Part shown: one piece after another, positions 29,428 to 39,885 of the stretch
How positions within the stretch are numbered: position 1 is the first letter of the stretch
Layout: each line of letters opens with the position of its first letter
Source: an uncultured delta proteobacterium
GTDB taxonomy: Bacteria > Desulfobacterota > BSN033 > UBA1163
Assembly: GCA_963827685.1 (NCBI GenBank)
Contig: CAWHBU010000002.1
Coordinates: forward strand, 544,001 to 608,000
Length of the DNA stretch: 64,000 bases
Direction: 5' to 3'
Position numbers and translations under genes: made by a program
Notes under the pieces: model-generated
Told to the model about the DNA's origin: nothing
What the model saw: the letters and a program-made list of their open reading frames with translations, nothing else
Databases searched by the model: none

Positions 29428-30364
29428 ATGGAAGGGGGAGAAAAAAGGGTTTATGCGGTGATCGTCATCGGGGGAGGACCTGCAGGCTTGACGGCAGGTC
29501 TCTATACATCCAGGTCAAGACTCGATACCCTCCTCATCGAGACGGGTCTCTTGGGAGGTCAGATGACTACCACAGAGTCTCATAGAAAACTATCCCGGTT
29601 TTCCGCAGGGGATTACCGGAGATGAGTTAAGTCGTTTGATGGAAGAGCAGACAAAGCGATTTGGGTTAGAAGTGGTTTCCCAACACGTCGTGGAGGTAAA
29701 GCTCGAAGGCAATAAGAAGGTTGTCAAAACCGATGAGGGGAATTATGTTTGTGATTCCCTCATCATTTGTACAGGGACGGAATATCGAAAATTAGGAGTT
29801 CTTGGCGAGAATGAGTTCGCTGGCAAAGGGGTCTCTTATTGTGCCACTTGTGACGGGGCTTTTTTTCGGGATAGTAAAATTGTCCTGGTGGGAGGGGGAG
29901 ACTCCGCACTGACCGAAGCCCTCTACCTCACAAAGTTTGTTAAGGAGTTGACCATCGTCCATCGGAGGGATGCTCTTCGCGGAACGAAAATCTATCAGGA
30001 GAGGGTTTTCGCAAATCCAAAAATCAAATTGCTCTGGGACTCGATCATACAAGAGATAAAGGGAGATTCAATCGTCCGGTCGGTCCTCGTCAAAAATCTA
30101 AAAACGGGAGAGGTGACCGAGCATCCTACAGAAGGTGTTTTCCTTTTTGTGGGACTTTTGCCAAGAACTCAATTCTTGAAGGGACTGGTCCAAACGGATA
30201 AGGGAGGATATATCCTCACCGATGAGAATGGCGAAACGTCTGTGAAAGGGATCTTTGCTGCCGGCGATTGTAGGAAGAAGTTACTCCGCCAAATCGCCAC
30301 TGCTGTGGGAGACGGAGCGACCGCTGCCTTCGCAGCCGAGAAATATTTGGAGGGGAAAGAATAA
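29428..30364 (+). CDS. trxB: Thioredoxin reductase, frameshifted near 29578 in this sequence
   Basis: GGGPAGLTAG in the first frame; IENYPGF, GVSYCATCDG, GGGDSA and FAAGD in the second; removing one base joins them. Confidence 0.9.
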
Positions 30365-30627
30365 ACCTTAACGTTACCAGAGGCAGGTAAGTGTGTTTCC
30401 AAAACTTTATAATGCGGTTCTTTTAAGAATTTCATAGGTAACATGTGATTTCACCTATGGTGGCTTTTGGAAAATATAGGATAACCATGCAGCAAAATGA
30501 TTAAAGGTGCCGCCATAAAGTTTTCTCAGCACACCCACCTGCCTCTGGGAGCGTTTCTTATGCGATTATGAGGTAAAGCTTGAAGCTGAAAGCTGGGAAT
30601 CGAAAACGAAAGGAGAACGGAAGCAGG

Positions 30628-30984
30628 ATGAAGATAGCTTGCTCTCTTTTGTTATTAGGAGTTTTGACCCTACCCATTGTTGGCATGGCTCAGGAAGTGA
30701 ATAGGGAGGGCTGGCCCATCCCGGATTTAAAGGGCCTCATTCCTTATTCCATCCAGGTGGAAAGAGTGGATGGAATAGAGAAGATCATTGAAAAATATGA
30801 TACTCCTGATGGAGGGCGTGTCGCAAGAATTAGCGGAAATGGGAAAATCTTCGCCTATGCTGTGGATAGCAATCGAGAACCCCCTATTGACTACCTTTTA
30901 CTCGACCCAGACGGATCAGGAAAATTTACGCAAAAATATAGATCGGAGGATTCCTACAGGATTCCTAAATGGGTCTCCGATTGA
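30628..30984 (+). CDS. Hypothetical exported protein
   Basis: Signal-peptide-like MKIACSLLLLGVLTLPIVGMAQ; ORF from 30580. Confidence 0.6.
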   Translation: MKIACSLLLLGVLTLPIVGMAQEVNREGWPIPDLKGLIPYSIQVERVDGIEKIIEKYDTPDGGRVARISGNGKIFAYAVDSNREPPIDYLLLDPDGSGKFTQKYRSEDSYRIPKWVSD

Positions 30985-31191
30985 TTCCCCCAAGACGAGT
31001 AGGGCGACACCAACAAATGATTTGTTTTCCTTTGACAAAGAATTGTAGCGCCCTCATTGATTGAGGGCGGAGTCCGTCAGCAATACCTGCCTGCCGGCAG
31101 GCAGGAATGCCGACGCTACGAGGAAAAAGAATAACTCCATACCCAATCATTACCCATAACTGATGGATTACATGGAGAATGTCTTTCTCAT

Positions 31192-31245
31192 TGACAAACC
31201 CTATACTTATGGTTATGTTTAATCAGGACTTTTTTAGTCCGATTT
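31192..31245 (+). promoter_or_regulatory. Promoter plus palindromic Rrf2/IscR-type operator
   Basis: TTGACA at 31192; AATCAGGACT-TTTTT-AGTCCGATTT (31221-31245) has the GACT-N5-AGTC core of IscR type-1 sites and abuts the start codon. Confidence 0.6.
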
Positions 31246-31677
31246 ATGCAAATTACGAGAAGCGAAGAATACGGATTAAGGGGGTTGGTTTTCTTAGCTA
31301 AGCAACCCCCGGAAAAGGTGACCTTAGTCAGTGAGGTTTCAAGGGGGCAAAATATCCCTGAGGCCTTCTTAGCAAAGATCTTTCAGCGTCTTTCCAAGGC
31401 AGGAGTACTGCGGTCTGTTCGTGGAGCAAAGGGCGGGTTTAAACTTAAAAAACCTGCTCACCAGATTACCATGAGAGAGATCATGGAAGCCCTGGAGGGT
31501 CCGATTGCATTGAACCGTTGTCTCCTCAGAAAGGGGGAGTGTGAAGTAGAGAAGATTTGTCCGCTCCATCCGGTTTGGGAAGAGGTACAGCAGCGGTTTT
31601 TGGAGGTATTGGATAGTACAACCATGGAGGATTTGGCGAATCGGATGACTCACAATGAGAAAAAATGGAGGAGGTGA
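31246..31677 (+). CDS. Rrf2-family (IscR-like) transcriptional regulator
   Basis: EYGLR, FLAKIFQRL, SVRGAKGGF, CLLRKGECEVEKICPLH (3 Cys + His). Confidence 0.92.
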   Translation: MQITRSEEYGLRGLVFLAKQPPEKVTLVSEVSRGQNIPEAFLAKIFQRLSKAGVLRSVRGAKGGFKLKKPAHQITMREIMEALEGPIALNRCLLRKGECEVEKICPLHPVWEEVQQRFLEVLDSTTMEDLANRMTHNEKKWRR

Positions 31678-31684
31678 AAACGGA

Positions 31685-31903
31685 ATGAGAGAGAATGTAG
31701 AACAAGCATTACAGAAGATTCGGCCCGCCCTTCAAGCCGATGGAGGGGATATTGAATTGATCGATGTCGTAGATGGAGTGGTCAAGGTCAGATTGACCGG
31801 CGCTTGCGGTGGCTGCCCAATGTCGCAGATGACTTTAAAGATGGGGGTGGAGAAAGTCCTGAAACAACAAGTTCCAGAGGTAAAAAGCGTGGAGACCGTT
31901 TAA
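31685..31903 (+). CDS. NifU-C/Nfu-type Fe-S carrier
   Basis: IRPALQADGGD, GACGGCP; start refined to ATG 31685 after GGAGG. Confidence 0.92.
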   Translation: MRENVEQALQKIRPALQADGGDIELIDVVDGVVKVRLTGACGGCPMSQMTLKMGVEKVLKQQVPEVKSVETV

Positions 31904-31955
31904 GCACGATCAAGGGAAGTCCCCCCCATGGCGGACTTCCCTTAGGGAAATTTAA

Positions 31956-33686
31956 ATGGGATCAGTTCAACTTTCTTCGCCCGCGATTGCCGTTTTAGAG
32001 AAAAGGTATCTAAGAAAAGATGCCACGGGTCAGGTTATTGAATCTCCTGATGAGATGTTTCGGCGTGTCGCCGTAAATATCGCAGAAGCAGAACGCTTTT
32101 ATAATCATCGGACCTCTACTGAAGAACTTTCCGAGATTTTTTTTCGGATGATGGCATCCTTAGATTTTCTTCCTAACTCACCCTGTCTGATGAATGCAGG
32201 GAGAGAACTCCAGCAGTTAGCTGCCTGCTTTGTCCTTCCCATAGAGGATTCCCTCGATGCGATCTTCGAAACCGTAAAACAAACAGCCCTTATCCATCAA
32301 AGTGGAGGGGGAACGGGTTTTTCATTCAGCCATCTGAGACCGAACCGTGACACGGTTCAATCTACAGGAGGAGTCGCAAGCGGCCCCACTTCATTTATGA
32401 GGGTATTTAATATGGCGACAGAGGTCATCAAACAGGGAGGGACGAGAAGAGGGGCGAACATGGGGGTGTTGAGAGTCGATCATCCGGATATCATAGAGTT
32501 TATTACCATTAAGAAAAACCCGAATGAGATGACAAATTTCAACTTATCCGTGGGGATAACCCAAGAGTTTATGGAGGCTCTTGAAAAAGATGGTGAATAT
32601 AGCTTGATTAATCCGAGGACTAAGAAAGAGGTCGGTCGCCAGAAGGCGAGGGAAGTATTCGAAGCCATCGTGAATGCAGCCTGGGAAACAGGGGACCCGG
32701 GAGTTTTGTTTTTAGATCGGATCAATGAGGCCAATCCCACCCCACAAATGGGGGACATAGAGAGTACCAATCCGTGTGGTGAAGTCCCTCTCCTTCCGTA
32801 TGAGCCATGTGTGTTAGGTTCGATCAACCTTTCCAATATGGTGACAGAAAGAAAAGGGAAGGGGGAAGTTGATTTTGAAAAGATTAAAAAGACGGTAAGA
32901 GATGCAGTCCATTTTCTGGATAATGTTATAGACATGAACCAATACCCCTTGCCGCAGATCGCCCAGATGGCAAAAGGAAACCGGAAGATCGGTCTCGGGG
33001 TTATGGGATTAGCCCATTTTTTTATCCGACTGGGCATTCCTTTCCATTCGCCGAAAGCTTTGGAAGTGGCAAGAGGTTTGATGAGTTTTATTCAGCATCA
33101 AGCCAGAGAGCGATCCATGGAACTGGCTGAGGAAAGAGGAGTTTTCCCAAATTTCTTGGGTTCCATCTATAGCAGAAATGGGATGAGGTTGAGGAATGCC
33201 ACCCTGACGACGATTGCTCCTACAGGGACGCTCAGCCTAATCGCCAATTGCTCCAGTGGCATTGAGCCGATCTTTGCCATTCAATATATTCGAAGGGCCT
33301 TGGAGGGAATGGAGTTTCAAATGACCGACCCTCTCTTTCTTGAATTGGGGGAGAAAGAGGGATTTCTGAGCCGAGATCTGATGGAGTCCGTTTCGGAAGG
33401 GGCGAACCTCCGAGAGCTCTCCAATGTTCCCCAGCGTATTAAGGATCTTTTTATCACCGCTTTTGAGATCCCTCCCATCTGGCACATCAAGATCCAAGCA
33501 GCCTTTCAAGAGTATACGGATAATGCTGTATCGAAAACGATCAACTTTCCAAGAGATGCGACAAAGGATGACGTGAAAGAAGCCTATCTACTCGCTTACC
33601 GGGAAAAATGTAAGGGCATCACCGTCTATCGAAGCGGGAGTAAACCTACCCAGGTATTAGCCTGTGGAACGAAACAAGTCTGTTAA
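31956..33686 (+). CDS. nrdJ: Class II (adenosylcobalamin) ribonucleotide reductase, compact form
   Basis: FLPNSP, ACFV, GGGTG, TNPCGE, CVLGS, TIAPTGT, DNAVSKTIN, KGITVYR; no tyrosine pair at the C-terminus and no nrdB nearby. Confidence 0.88.
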   Translation: MGSVQLSSPAIAVLEKRYLRKDATGQVIESPDEMFRRVAVNIAEAERFYNHRTSTEELSEIFFRMMASLDFLPNSPCLMNAGRELQQLAACFVLPIEDSLDAIFETVKQTALIHQSGGGTGFSFSHLRPNRDTVQSTGGVASGPTSFMRVFNMATEVIKQGGTRRGANMGVLRVDHPDIIEFITIKKNPNEMTNFNLSVGITQEFMEALEKDGEYSLINPRTKKEVGRQKAREVFEAIVNAAWETGDPGVLFLDRINEANPTPQMGDIESTNPCGEVPLLPYEPCVLGSINLSNMVTERKGKGEVDFEKIKKTVRDAVHFLDNVIDMNQYPLPQIAQMAKGNRKIGLGVMGLAHFFIRLGIPFHSPKALEVARGLMSFIQHQARERSMELAEERGVFPNFLGSIYSRNGMRLRNATLTTIAPTGTLSLIANCSSGIEPIFAIQYIRRALEGMEFQMTDPLFLELGEKEGFLSRDLMESVSEGANLRELSNVPQRIKDLFITAFEIPPIWHIKIQAAFQEYTDNAVSKTINFPRDATKDDVKEAYLLAYREKCKGITVYRSGSKPTQVLACGTKQVC

Positions 33687-33833
33687 GCAAAGCACGAAAT
33701 GCCAAGCACCTGCCTCCGCCGGAGCGGCTTCGCGCAGGCAGGCCAAATAACAAATAAATTCTAACCAAAGATATTTGAAATTGGAGTTTGGGGATTATTT
33801 GTGATTTGGGATTTGGAAATTGGGATTTAAGTC

Positions 33834-34016
33834 ATGTATCCTGTCGTCGATCAAGAAAAATGCTACGGCTGTGGGAATTGTTCCGAGATCTGTCCCAGCG
33901 AAGTCTATGAAATCGAGGAAGACAAATCCAATCCTACCCACCCTCAGGATTGTATTGAATGCTGGGCTTGCGTAAACCAATGTCCGTCGGGATCGATCCA
34001 ACTTTATGAGGATTGA
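33834..34016 (+). CDS. 2[4Fe-4S] ferredoxin
   Basis: CYGCGNCSEICP and CIECWACVNQCP. Confidence 0.92.
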   Translation: MYPVVDQEKCYGCGNCSEICPSEVYEIEEDKSNPTHPQDCIECWACVNQCPSGSIQLYED

Positions 34017-34179
34017 CCCATTCGGCGGCGTCGAGGCCCGCCTTTAAGGGTGGGCCAAAGAAGCGCCGCTTCCTTCGGCAAGCTCAGGACACTGAGTCGA
34101 TCGAAGTGCAGGGTTAACCCCTGCCTGCGGCAGGCAGGCTGAGTCCCCGACCTTCAGATCGGGGAGTCGAAGGATTGAC
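34013..34179. repeat. Compound palindromic element bounded by TTGAC direct repeats
   Basis: TTGACCCATTCG ... CAGGGTTAACCC ... CGAAGGATTGAC with several nested hairpins; same family as the insert in ispE. Confidence 0.6.
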
Positions 34180-34378
34180 AGCACGCATCTTCCTTTCAAG
34201 TTAGTCCGTAAAAATCACTTGAAAAAAGAGACTGACTTTCCTATGATGGAATTCGACATCTGATCTCACCTAAAAGATAGGAAATAGATATCGGGTAGGG
34301 TCCCGATTCTTCCGTGGCCGATGGGCGACTAAAATCGCTAATAGCCATATTCTCCTTGAAGGACGGGCAAAACGGAAG

Positions 34379-35353
34379 TTGATCGATATGACGAATTCAC
34401 TCCACCTAGAATCTCCTGCAAAAGTCAACCTAAGACTGGAAATCCTGAAGAGACGGGAGGACGGATACCATGAGTTGAGAACTGTTTTTCAGAAGATCAG
34501 CCTCCACGATACGCTCTATTTTTCTTTGAAAAAGGAAAGAGGTGTTTCCATCACGGCAGATCATCCCAAACTCCCCGTTGGAAAGAAGAATCTGGTTTAC
34601 AGAGCTGTTCAATCCATGTTGAAGGTATCCGGTTATAGGGGGGGAGTTCATGTTGAGATTGAAAAAAGAATTCCTATCGGGGCTGGACTCGGGGGGGGAG
34701 CAGTAATGCTGCCACCACCATGAAGGCACTGAATCAACTTTTAGAAATGAACCTGCCTGAGAAAGAGTTGATGGGAATGGGATTGGAGATCGGGGCAGAT
34801 GTTCCTTTCTTCTTTTTGAAAAGCGCTGCCATGGGCTCCGGGATTGGCGAACGGCTGAAAAAGGTAAAACTTCCTGATCTATGGTATGTTCTCATCTATC
34901 CCAATTTTGAGGTTTCAACGCGTTGGGCTTATCAACACTTCGTATTGACCCATTCGACCGCGCAAAACGTTAGTTTTGATAAAGGGGCAGAAAAGCACCG
35001 CTCAGGGTCAACCCTGAGCATGCACCAGCCTTTGGGCTGGGTAGCCGAAGGGTTGACAAATCAGCAATTTCATTTTAATCTTCATAAGTTTCTGAAGACT
35101 CCTGATGGAATTTCTCGCATTCTATTGAATCATTTAGAAGCAGTGGTTTCCGAAGAAATATCCTCAGATTGGCATCATGAAAAAAATCCTTCTTTCTGCT
35201 GGAGCTTTGGGCGCTATGATGACAGGCAGCGGTCCCACGGTTTTTGGGCTGTTCCCGGAGGCGAAGAGTGCAGCAGGGGCTTATGAAAAGATAAGAAAAA
35301 TGGTCGGAAGGAAAGGGTGGGTGGTTTTTAGAGCACATAGCATCATCGCATGA
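34379..35353 (+). CDS. ispE: 4-diphosphocytidyl-2-C-methyl-D-erythritol kinase, with two frameshifts and an in-frame insert
   Basis: SPAKVNL, REDGYHEL, KRIPIGAGLGGG, then IGADVPFF and VSTRWAY, then a third frame with MMTGSGPTVFGLF ending at TGA 35351-35353; shifts at the G-run near 34695 and near 35151. Confidence 0.9.
34945..35057. repeat. 108-bp palindromic insert within ispE
   Basis: TTGAC at 34945 and 35053; internal CCATTCG...GCTCAGGGTCAACCCTGAGC...CGAAGGG. Confidence 0.7.
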
Positions 35354-35462
35354 CGACTGGCCGTTGCGGGCCGAATAGGCAGGGTGGAGAACTGAGGCCA
35401 TACACCAGGCGCGACGGACGGCAAGGCCCTATACCAGGCACGATACAGGGCAAGGGGGCGTT

Positions 35463-35750
35463 ATGGAAGTGACAGAGGTGAGGGTTTTCCCCGTTCAGGA
35501 GGAAAGGCTCAAGGCGTACGTAGCGATCACCTTTGACCATTGTTTTGTTGTGAGGGATTTGAAAGTCATTGATGGAAATAATGGATTGTTTGTGGCAATG
35601 CCGAGCAAGAAAAGGAAGGATGGCACTTATAGGGATACCGCCCACCCCCTGAATAGCCAAACCCGGCAGATGATCGAATCCATCGTTTTAGCAGAATATG
35701 ATAAGGAAATTCGAAAAGCAGGTAACCCAATTTCAAATGCCAAGATCTAA
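35463..35750 (+). CDS. spoVG: SpoVG family protein
   Basis: [34 protein letters not shown]. Confidence 0.95.
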   Translation: MEVTEVRVFPVQEERLKAYVAITFDHCFVVRDLKVIDGNNGLFVAMPSKKRKDGTYRDTAHPLNSQTRQMIESIVLAEYDKEIRKAGNPISNAKI

Positions 35751-35778
35751 TGAAATTTGACATTGTTTGATCGAAGAT

Positions 35779-35853
35779 TGGGGTGTCGTCAAGCGGTAAG
35801 ACACAGGTCTTTGGAACCTGGACTCGGAGGTTCGAATCCTCCCACCCCAGCCA
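35779..35853 (+). tRNA. tRNA-Gln (anticodon TTG)
   Basis: TGGGGTG/CACCCCA acceptor stem, CAGGT-CTTTGGA-ACCTG anticodon arm, GGTTCGAATCC, 3' CCA; conserved ispE-prs position. Confidence 0.97.
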
Positions 35854-35968
35854 AACTTTAAAGCATAGAGCATGGCGCATTGAGCACAGCGGAAAAAGCA
35901 TATTTCAATTCCTTTAAACGGTTTGCGCTCTGCGCTTAGCGAGTCTTTGATAAGGGGATGAGGCTCCT

Positions 35969-36942
35969 ATGAGTAAGAAAAAGGTAGTGATCAATCCAGG
36001 GCAGGATTTGAGCTGGTTAAGAATATTCACTGGAAATTCAAATACCGCCTTAGTGCAAAAGATTTGTGACCAGTTGGGGACCCCTCTTGGAAAATCTGTG
36101 GTGAGCACCTTTAGTGATGGAGAGATTCATGTTGAGATTGATGAAAGCGTGCGAGGAATGGATGTTTTCGTGATCCAGTCCATTTCTTTTCCCGTCAATG
36201 ACAATCTGATGGAGCTTCTTATTTTAATCGATGCCCTGAAAAGAGCTTCCGCGGAAAGGATTACCGCGGTGATGCCTTACTATGGCTATGCGAGACAGGA
36301 TCGTAAAGTTCTTCCTCGAGCCCCATCTCTGCCAAACTGGTTGCAGACTTGATCACGACCGCAGGGGCTTCTCGAATTCTCACGGTTGACCTTCACGCCG
36401 GTCAGATTCAGGGCTTTTTCAATATTCCGGTAGACCACTTATTTGCTGCCCCCGTGTTGTTGGATCACCTGAGGCAGCTTGGGAACGATATCGTCATCGT
36501 CTCACCGGATGCAGGAGGGGTGGAAAGGGCTCGAGCCTATGCAAAAAGATTAGAGGCTTCTCTGGCGATCATTGATAAGCGAAGAGATTCACCCAATGTC
36601 TCGCAAGTGATGAACATCATCGGAGATGTGAGTGGGATGACAGCCTTCTTGGTTGACGACATGGTCGATACAGGAGGGACATTGGTCCGGGCGGCTTATG
36701 CCGTGATTGAGAAGGGAGCGAAGACCGTCTATGCTTGCTGCACTCATCCTGTTCTCTCAGGAAAAGCCGTGAAGATAATCGCCGAGTCACCCATCGTAGA
36801 AATGATCGTCACCGATACCATTCCCCTCCGGGAGGAGGCCAAGGCGTGTCCAAAGATTAAAGTGATCTCGATATCCGGTCTCTTGGCTGACGCCATTCGT
36901 AGAACCTACGAGGATGAGTCAGTGAGTTGCCTGTTTATCTGA
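35969..36942 (+). CDS. prs: Ribose-phosphate pyrophosphokinase, frameshifted near 36322
   Basis: FSDGEI and [11 protein letters not shown], then [18 protein letters not shown] and DDMVDTGGT; one base is missing in a C-run. Confidence 0.93.
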
Positions 36943-37050
36943 ATCTCAAATTCCCCTCAATCCCCCTTTGCCTGCCTTTGGCAGGAAAAAGATACTAAAG
37001 GGGGACGAAGAGGGATTAGTATATTATTCTAATAATTAAAGGAGTGAGCC

Positions 37051-37713
37051 ATGGAAAGGCCCGTATTGACAGCAGAGATTCGGGAAGGGATAGGAAAGGA
37101 GAAGGCAAAGAAACTCCGGTTGAAAGGCCTGATCCCTGCCATTTTTTATGGACCAAGATCCCAAACCATCCCTTTGGTGATTGAATCGAAAGAATTAGCG
37201 AAAGCCCTCCAAACAGAAGCGGGGGAGAATGTCCTGATTGACCTCGACATTCGAAAGGGCGCTCAGTCAGACCGCAAGGTGGTGATGTTGAAAGACATTC
37301 AAATTGATCCTCTCCAAAGGGTAACCCTGCACACCGATTTTTATGAGGTGACCATGGATGAGATGGTCACGGTGGAAGTTCCTGTGCACCTGGTCGGGAA
37401 ACCTGAGGGGACCAAGGTGGGGGGCATCCTTGAGCAGGTCCGGAGGATGATCGAAGTCCAGTGCTTCCCCGGAGATATTCCTAAGAGCATAGATGTCGAC
37501 GTTAGTGCTTTAATGATTGGTGATTCGATTCACGTCCAAGATATTACAGTGGAGAAGGCAAAAATCGTTTCGGATACGAACTTTACCATCGCCACGGTTG
37601 TGCCTCCCGTGGCAGAAGAAAAGGTTGTGGAAGCAGTTGCTCCGGAGGCTGTTGAAGGGGCTGAGGTAAAGGAGAAGGAGGAGGAGGAAGCGGGGGAGGA
37701 GGAAAAAGAATAA
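37051..37713 (+). CDS. rplY: 50S ribosomal protein L25/Ctc
   Basis: IPAIFYG, LHTDFY, GGIL, SIHV, acidic tail. Confidence 0.95.
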   Translation: MERPVLTAEIREGIGKEKAKKLRLKGLIPAIFYGPRSQTIPLVIESKELAKALQTEAGENVLIDLDIRKGAQSDRKVVMLKDIQIDPLQRVTLHTDFYEVTMDEMVTVEVPVHLVGKPEGTKVGGILEQVRRMIEVQCFPGDIPKSIDVDVSALMIGDSIHVQDITVEKAKIVSDTNFTIATVVPPVAEEKVVEAVAPEAVEGAEVKEKEEEEAGEEEKE

Positions 37714-37719
37714 CCGAAT

Positions 37720-38286
37720 GTGAAGATCATCGTAGGACTGGGTAATCCTGGAGTCCAATATCGAATGAGCAGGCATAATATTGGATTTCAGGTAGTGGAT
37801 CATCTTGCCACCATCAACCACCTTTCTGTTCGCAGCAAACGTTTCAGATCCCTATACGGAACAGGATGGATCGATTCTCAGCAGATCGTCCTGTTGAAGC
37901 CAATGATCTTCATGAATCGGAGTGGAGAAGCGGTCAAAAAGGCGACCGATTTCTTTCACCTGAAGCTGGAGGATCTCGTCGTCGTTCATGATGATTTAGA
38001 CCTTCCTTTTGGCAGACTTCGTTTTAAACAAAGAGGGGGGGACGGAGGACATCAGGGAATTCGCTCCGTCATTGACAGAATGGGCGGAAATAGCTTTTTG
38101 AGACTGAAAGTGGGTATTGGAAGACCTCCCCAGGGGATGGATCCAGCCGAGTATGTCTTGGACGTTTTTGATAAAATTGAGCGGTCCCATTTAAATCAAA
38201 TCCTTTCCCAAGCAGCAGCATCTCTGAAGGTCATGCTTTTGGAAGGGCTTGGAAAGGCGATGAGTCAATTTCAGAAAAGGGGTTAG
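37720..38286 (+). CDS. pth: Peptidyl-tRNA hydrolase
   Basis: IVGLGNPG, SRHNIGF, FMNRSG, HDDLD, GGHQG. Confidence 0.96.
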   Translation: MKIIVGLGNPGVQYRMSRHNIGFQVVDHLATINHLSVRSKRFRSLYGTGWIDSQQIVLLKPMIFMNRSGEAVKKATDFFHLKLEDLVVVHDDLDLPFGRLRFKQRGGDGGHQGIRSVIDRMGGNSFLRLKVGIGRPPQGMDPAEYVLDVFDKIERSHLNQILSQAAASLKVMLLEGLGKAMSQFQKRG

Positions 38287-38550
38287 TGGTTCGTTTCACT
38301 CTTTTGAGCTAAACCCGGCTCTATCTTGATCTTCTACTCTTGTGTAATGAAATAGGAGCCTTCAGCGAGACAAGCACCAAATTTCAAGCCCTGTACCTAG
38401 TAGGGTGCAGGGCAAGCACCGATTTCCAAATCATGACCTTAATCTCAATGACCCCAGGCACTTTATCAGACATATATTAAGATAGGAATCTACCGGAAAT
38501 ACACGCTAAGCGCTTGGCGCAGAGCGCACAGCGAGAGCAGGGGGGAATGA

Positions 38551-39645
38551 ATGGGTTTTCGATGCGGGATCGTCGGTCTTCCAAACGTGGGGAAGTCCAC
38601 GATATTTAATGCCCTGACTGCGGCCGGTGCAGAGGTGGCGAGTTACCGATTCTGTACGATCGATCCGAATATAGGCATTGTCCCCGTTCCGGATAAGAGG
38701 CTGGAAAGTATCGCCAAGTTGATCCATCCCAAAAAAATGATTCCCACCTCCCTCGAATTTTTCGACATTGCCGGATTGGTCAAAGGGGCAAGCAAAGGGG
38801 AGGGCCTGGGGAATCAGTTTCTGGATCACATACGGAATGTGGATGCAATTGCCCACACGGTTCGTTGCTTCAAAAATGAAAACGTGGCACATGACTTCGG
38901 TTCGATTGATCCGGTGAGGGATATTGAAGTCATCAATGTCGAACTTATTTTAGCCGACCTTCAGACCTTAGAGAGGAGAATGGCGAAGACAGAGAAGATG
39001 CATCGGGTAGGTGCCAAGGAGGCCGCCTTGGAGTTGGAGGTCTACCGAGATGTCCAACCCTTTTTGAACCAGGGCCGTAGAGCAGGGAACTTGCACGTGA
39101 CCGGCGAAAAAGAAGCGATCTTTTTGGATCTCCACCTTCTCACGGCAAAACCTGTTTTTTATGTCGCCAATGTTGATCAAAAAGAGCTCAGAGGAGAGGG
39201 GCTCTGTTTGAAGGCCATCAACGGGTGGGCACAAAAAGAGGGGAATAAAGTGGTCGTCATCTGCGGTGATCTGGAGGCAGAGCTTGGGGAATTGAAGGAA
39301 GAAGAGAGGGAAGAATTCAGAAGAGAGTTGGGTCTGGAGGGTTCAAGTTTGGAACGATTAGTTCAGGTTGGATATGAGACCCTGTCGCTGGTCACGTTTT
39401 ACACAACGGTCAGTTCTGAACTCAGAGCCTGGACCGTTTCAAATGGGACGCCAGCTCCCAAGGCGGCAGGGAAGATCCACAGCGATATGGAAAGAGGATT
39501 TATCCGCGCAGAGGTCATTTCCTTTTCTGATTTTATAGCCTGTGGCTCTGAACATATCGCGAGAGAAAAAGGACTTCTTCGCTCTGAGGGAAAAGATTAT
39601 TCTATCCGAGATGGGGATATCGTCCATTTCCGCTTTCATGTATAA
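38551..39645 (+). CDS. ychF: Redox-regulated ATPase YchF
   Basis: GIVGLPNVGKST, DIAGLV, AAGKIHSD, GFIRAEV. Confidence 0.97.
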   Translation: MGFRCGIVGLPNVGKSTIFNALTAAGAEVASYRFCTIDPNIGIVPVPDKRLESIAKLIHPKKMIPTSLEFFDIAGLVKGASKGEGLGNQFLDHIRNVDAIAHTVRCFKNENVAHDFGSIDPVRDIEVINVELILADLQTLERRMAKTEKMHRVGAKEAALELEVYRDVQPFLNQGRRAGNLHVTGEKEAIFLDLHLLTAKPVFYVANVDQKELRGEGLCLKAINGWAQKEGNKVVVICGDLEAELGELKEEEREEFRRELGLEGSSLERLVQVGYETLSLVTFYTTVSSELRAWTVSNGTPAPKAAGKIHSDMERGFIRAEVISFSDFIACGSEHIAREKGLLRSEGKDYSIRDGDIVHFRFHV

Positions 39646-39746
39646 ATAATTATTATAAACTTGAAGCACGAAATTGAAATGAATTAAGGGATTGCGAATT
39701 TAGGATTTTGGAATTAAATTCCCAAATTCCTAAATTCCTCAATTCC

Positions 39747-39853
39747 TGACCGTCAAGTGCCCCTTGACCCCGCCTTGTAGGCGGGGTCAAGGGGCACAAT
39801 TAAAATGACATTTCCTTTCCGGGAAGCCCAGGCCTGTGGCCGGGGAGCTTCAT
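39747..39853 (+). mobile_element. Non-autonomous palindrome element (IS200/IS605-end-like), copy 2
   Basis: TGACCGTCAAGTGCCCTTGACCCCGCCTTGTAGGCGGGGTCAAGGGGCAC...GAAGCCCAGGCCTGTGGCCGGGGAGCTTCAT. Confidence 0.6.
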
Positions 39854-39885
39854 TCGAAATCCGAATTCAGGCGGAGCCAACAAGG

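Noticed and set aside
34260-34378. Possible structured leader before ispE, and a GC-rich leader before spoVG (35354-35462)
   Set aside because: Some pairing is possible but I recognised no known riboswitch motif; covariation data would be needed
29428-36942. trxB, ispE and prs as true pseudogenes or programmed frameshifts
   Set aside because: The proteins are otherwise intact and normally important; clustered single-base indels fit sequencing error better
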